Notes under the pieces: generated by a model
What the model saw: only the letters and a program-made list of their open reading frames with translations
Database searches by the model: none
What the model was told of the DNA's origin: nothing
Translations under genes and position numbers: made by a program
DNA from: Ophelia neglecta
Taxonomy: Eukaryota
Length of the DNA: 64,000 nucleotides
Direction of reading: 5' to 3'
Assembly (NCBI GenBank): GCA_965285935.1
Contig: OZ260666.1
Coordinates: 35,712,001 to 35,776,000 of the forward strand
Shown here: positions 63,578-64,000 of the stretch, in pieces
Layout: every line of letters begins with the position of its first letter
Position numbering within the stretch: position 1 is the first letter of the stretch

Positions 63578-64000
63578 CTGAGATAAAAAGGGAGTCAAAC
63601 ATGAAAATAAATGCCACAAAGAAAAAAAAACTAGTGACATTACTCATTATGCCGTTATCAAATAACAATGCCAGTGGTTAGTATCAGAGGAGAAGTGACC
63701 AATTCAAATTAATTCTTCCTCTGACAGATATGCAAGTTTTCAGCGGCCACGCACAATCGGGTGGCCTTAATAGAAACAGGTTGAGAACATTGCCATGTGT
63801 GGTACGAATGAACTAACCGTATGTCGCAACTCGTTGTTGTAGAATACCTGATTGATTTAATTACAGTCATGGCAAATAAATGACTCCTTAAAATTTCAAT
63901 CAAGATGTACTTAATCTAGAACAAGAACTCGTCACAAGTTAACCATTTCCAATGTGTCGAATATGTGAAGGATATTTCTCTTCAAATTATGCTTATTAGG

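Noticed and set aside
63578-63668. ATG at 63602 as the certain channel start
   Set aside because: A good polypyrimidine/AG acceptor at 63578 suggests an internal exon; the true start may lie beyond the window. Unresolved.

Overview
Eukaryotic, intron-rich, AT-rich invertebrate-type DNA, probably from a marine lophotrochozoan-like animal (taxon is an inference). I reconstructed four protein-coding units by hand from splice sites and reading-frame continuity. (1) Plus strand, 1759-22215: the 3' 11 exons of a soluble guanylyl cyclase subunit (H-NOBA/PAS, coiled coil, cyclase, ~635-aa disordered tail). It lacks the first catalytic metal-binding Asp. (2) A 233-aa repeat-protein exon (16104/16110-16811) nested on the same strand inside a cyclase intron. 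It is either an independent nested gene or an in-frame alternative last exon. (3) Minus strand, 34281-29913: a 3-exon, 118-aa secreted protein with two 6-Cys PLAC-like modules, not assembled by the ORF track. (4) Minus strand, 63577-38406: a 33-exon, ~2,100-aa DEG/ENaC (ASIC-like) channel. Its finger region carries a ~1,120-aa exon-shuffled cassette (PAN-MAM-Kringle-LDLa-MAM-Thr stalk-PAN-like-MAM-MAM-LDLa), and its knuckle carries a ~490-aa helical insert. This receptor-like giant channel is the standout system. Also present: a 32-bp minisatellite, a two-copy TIR MITE, a decayed CR1/L2-type LINE fragment and microsatellites.
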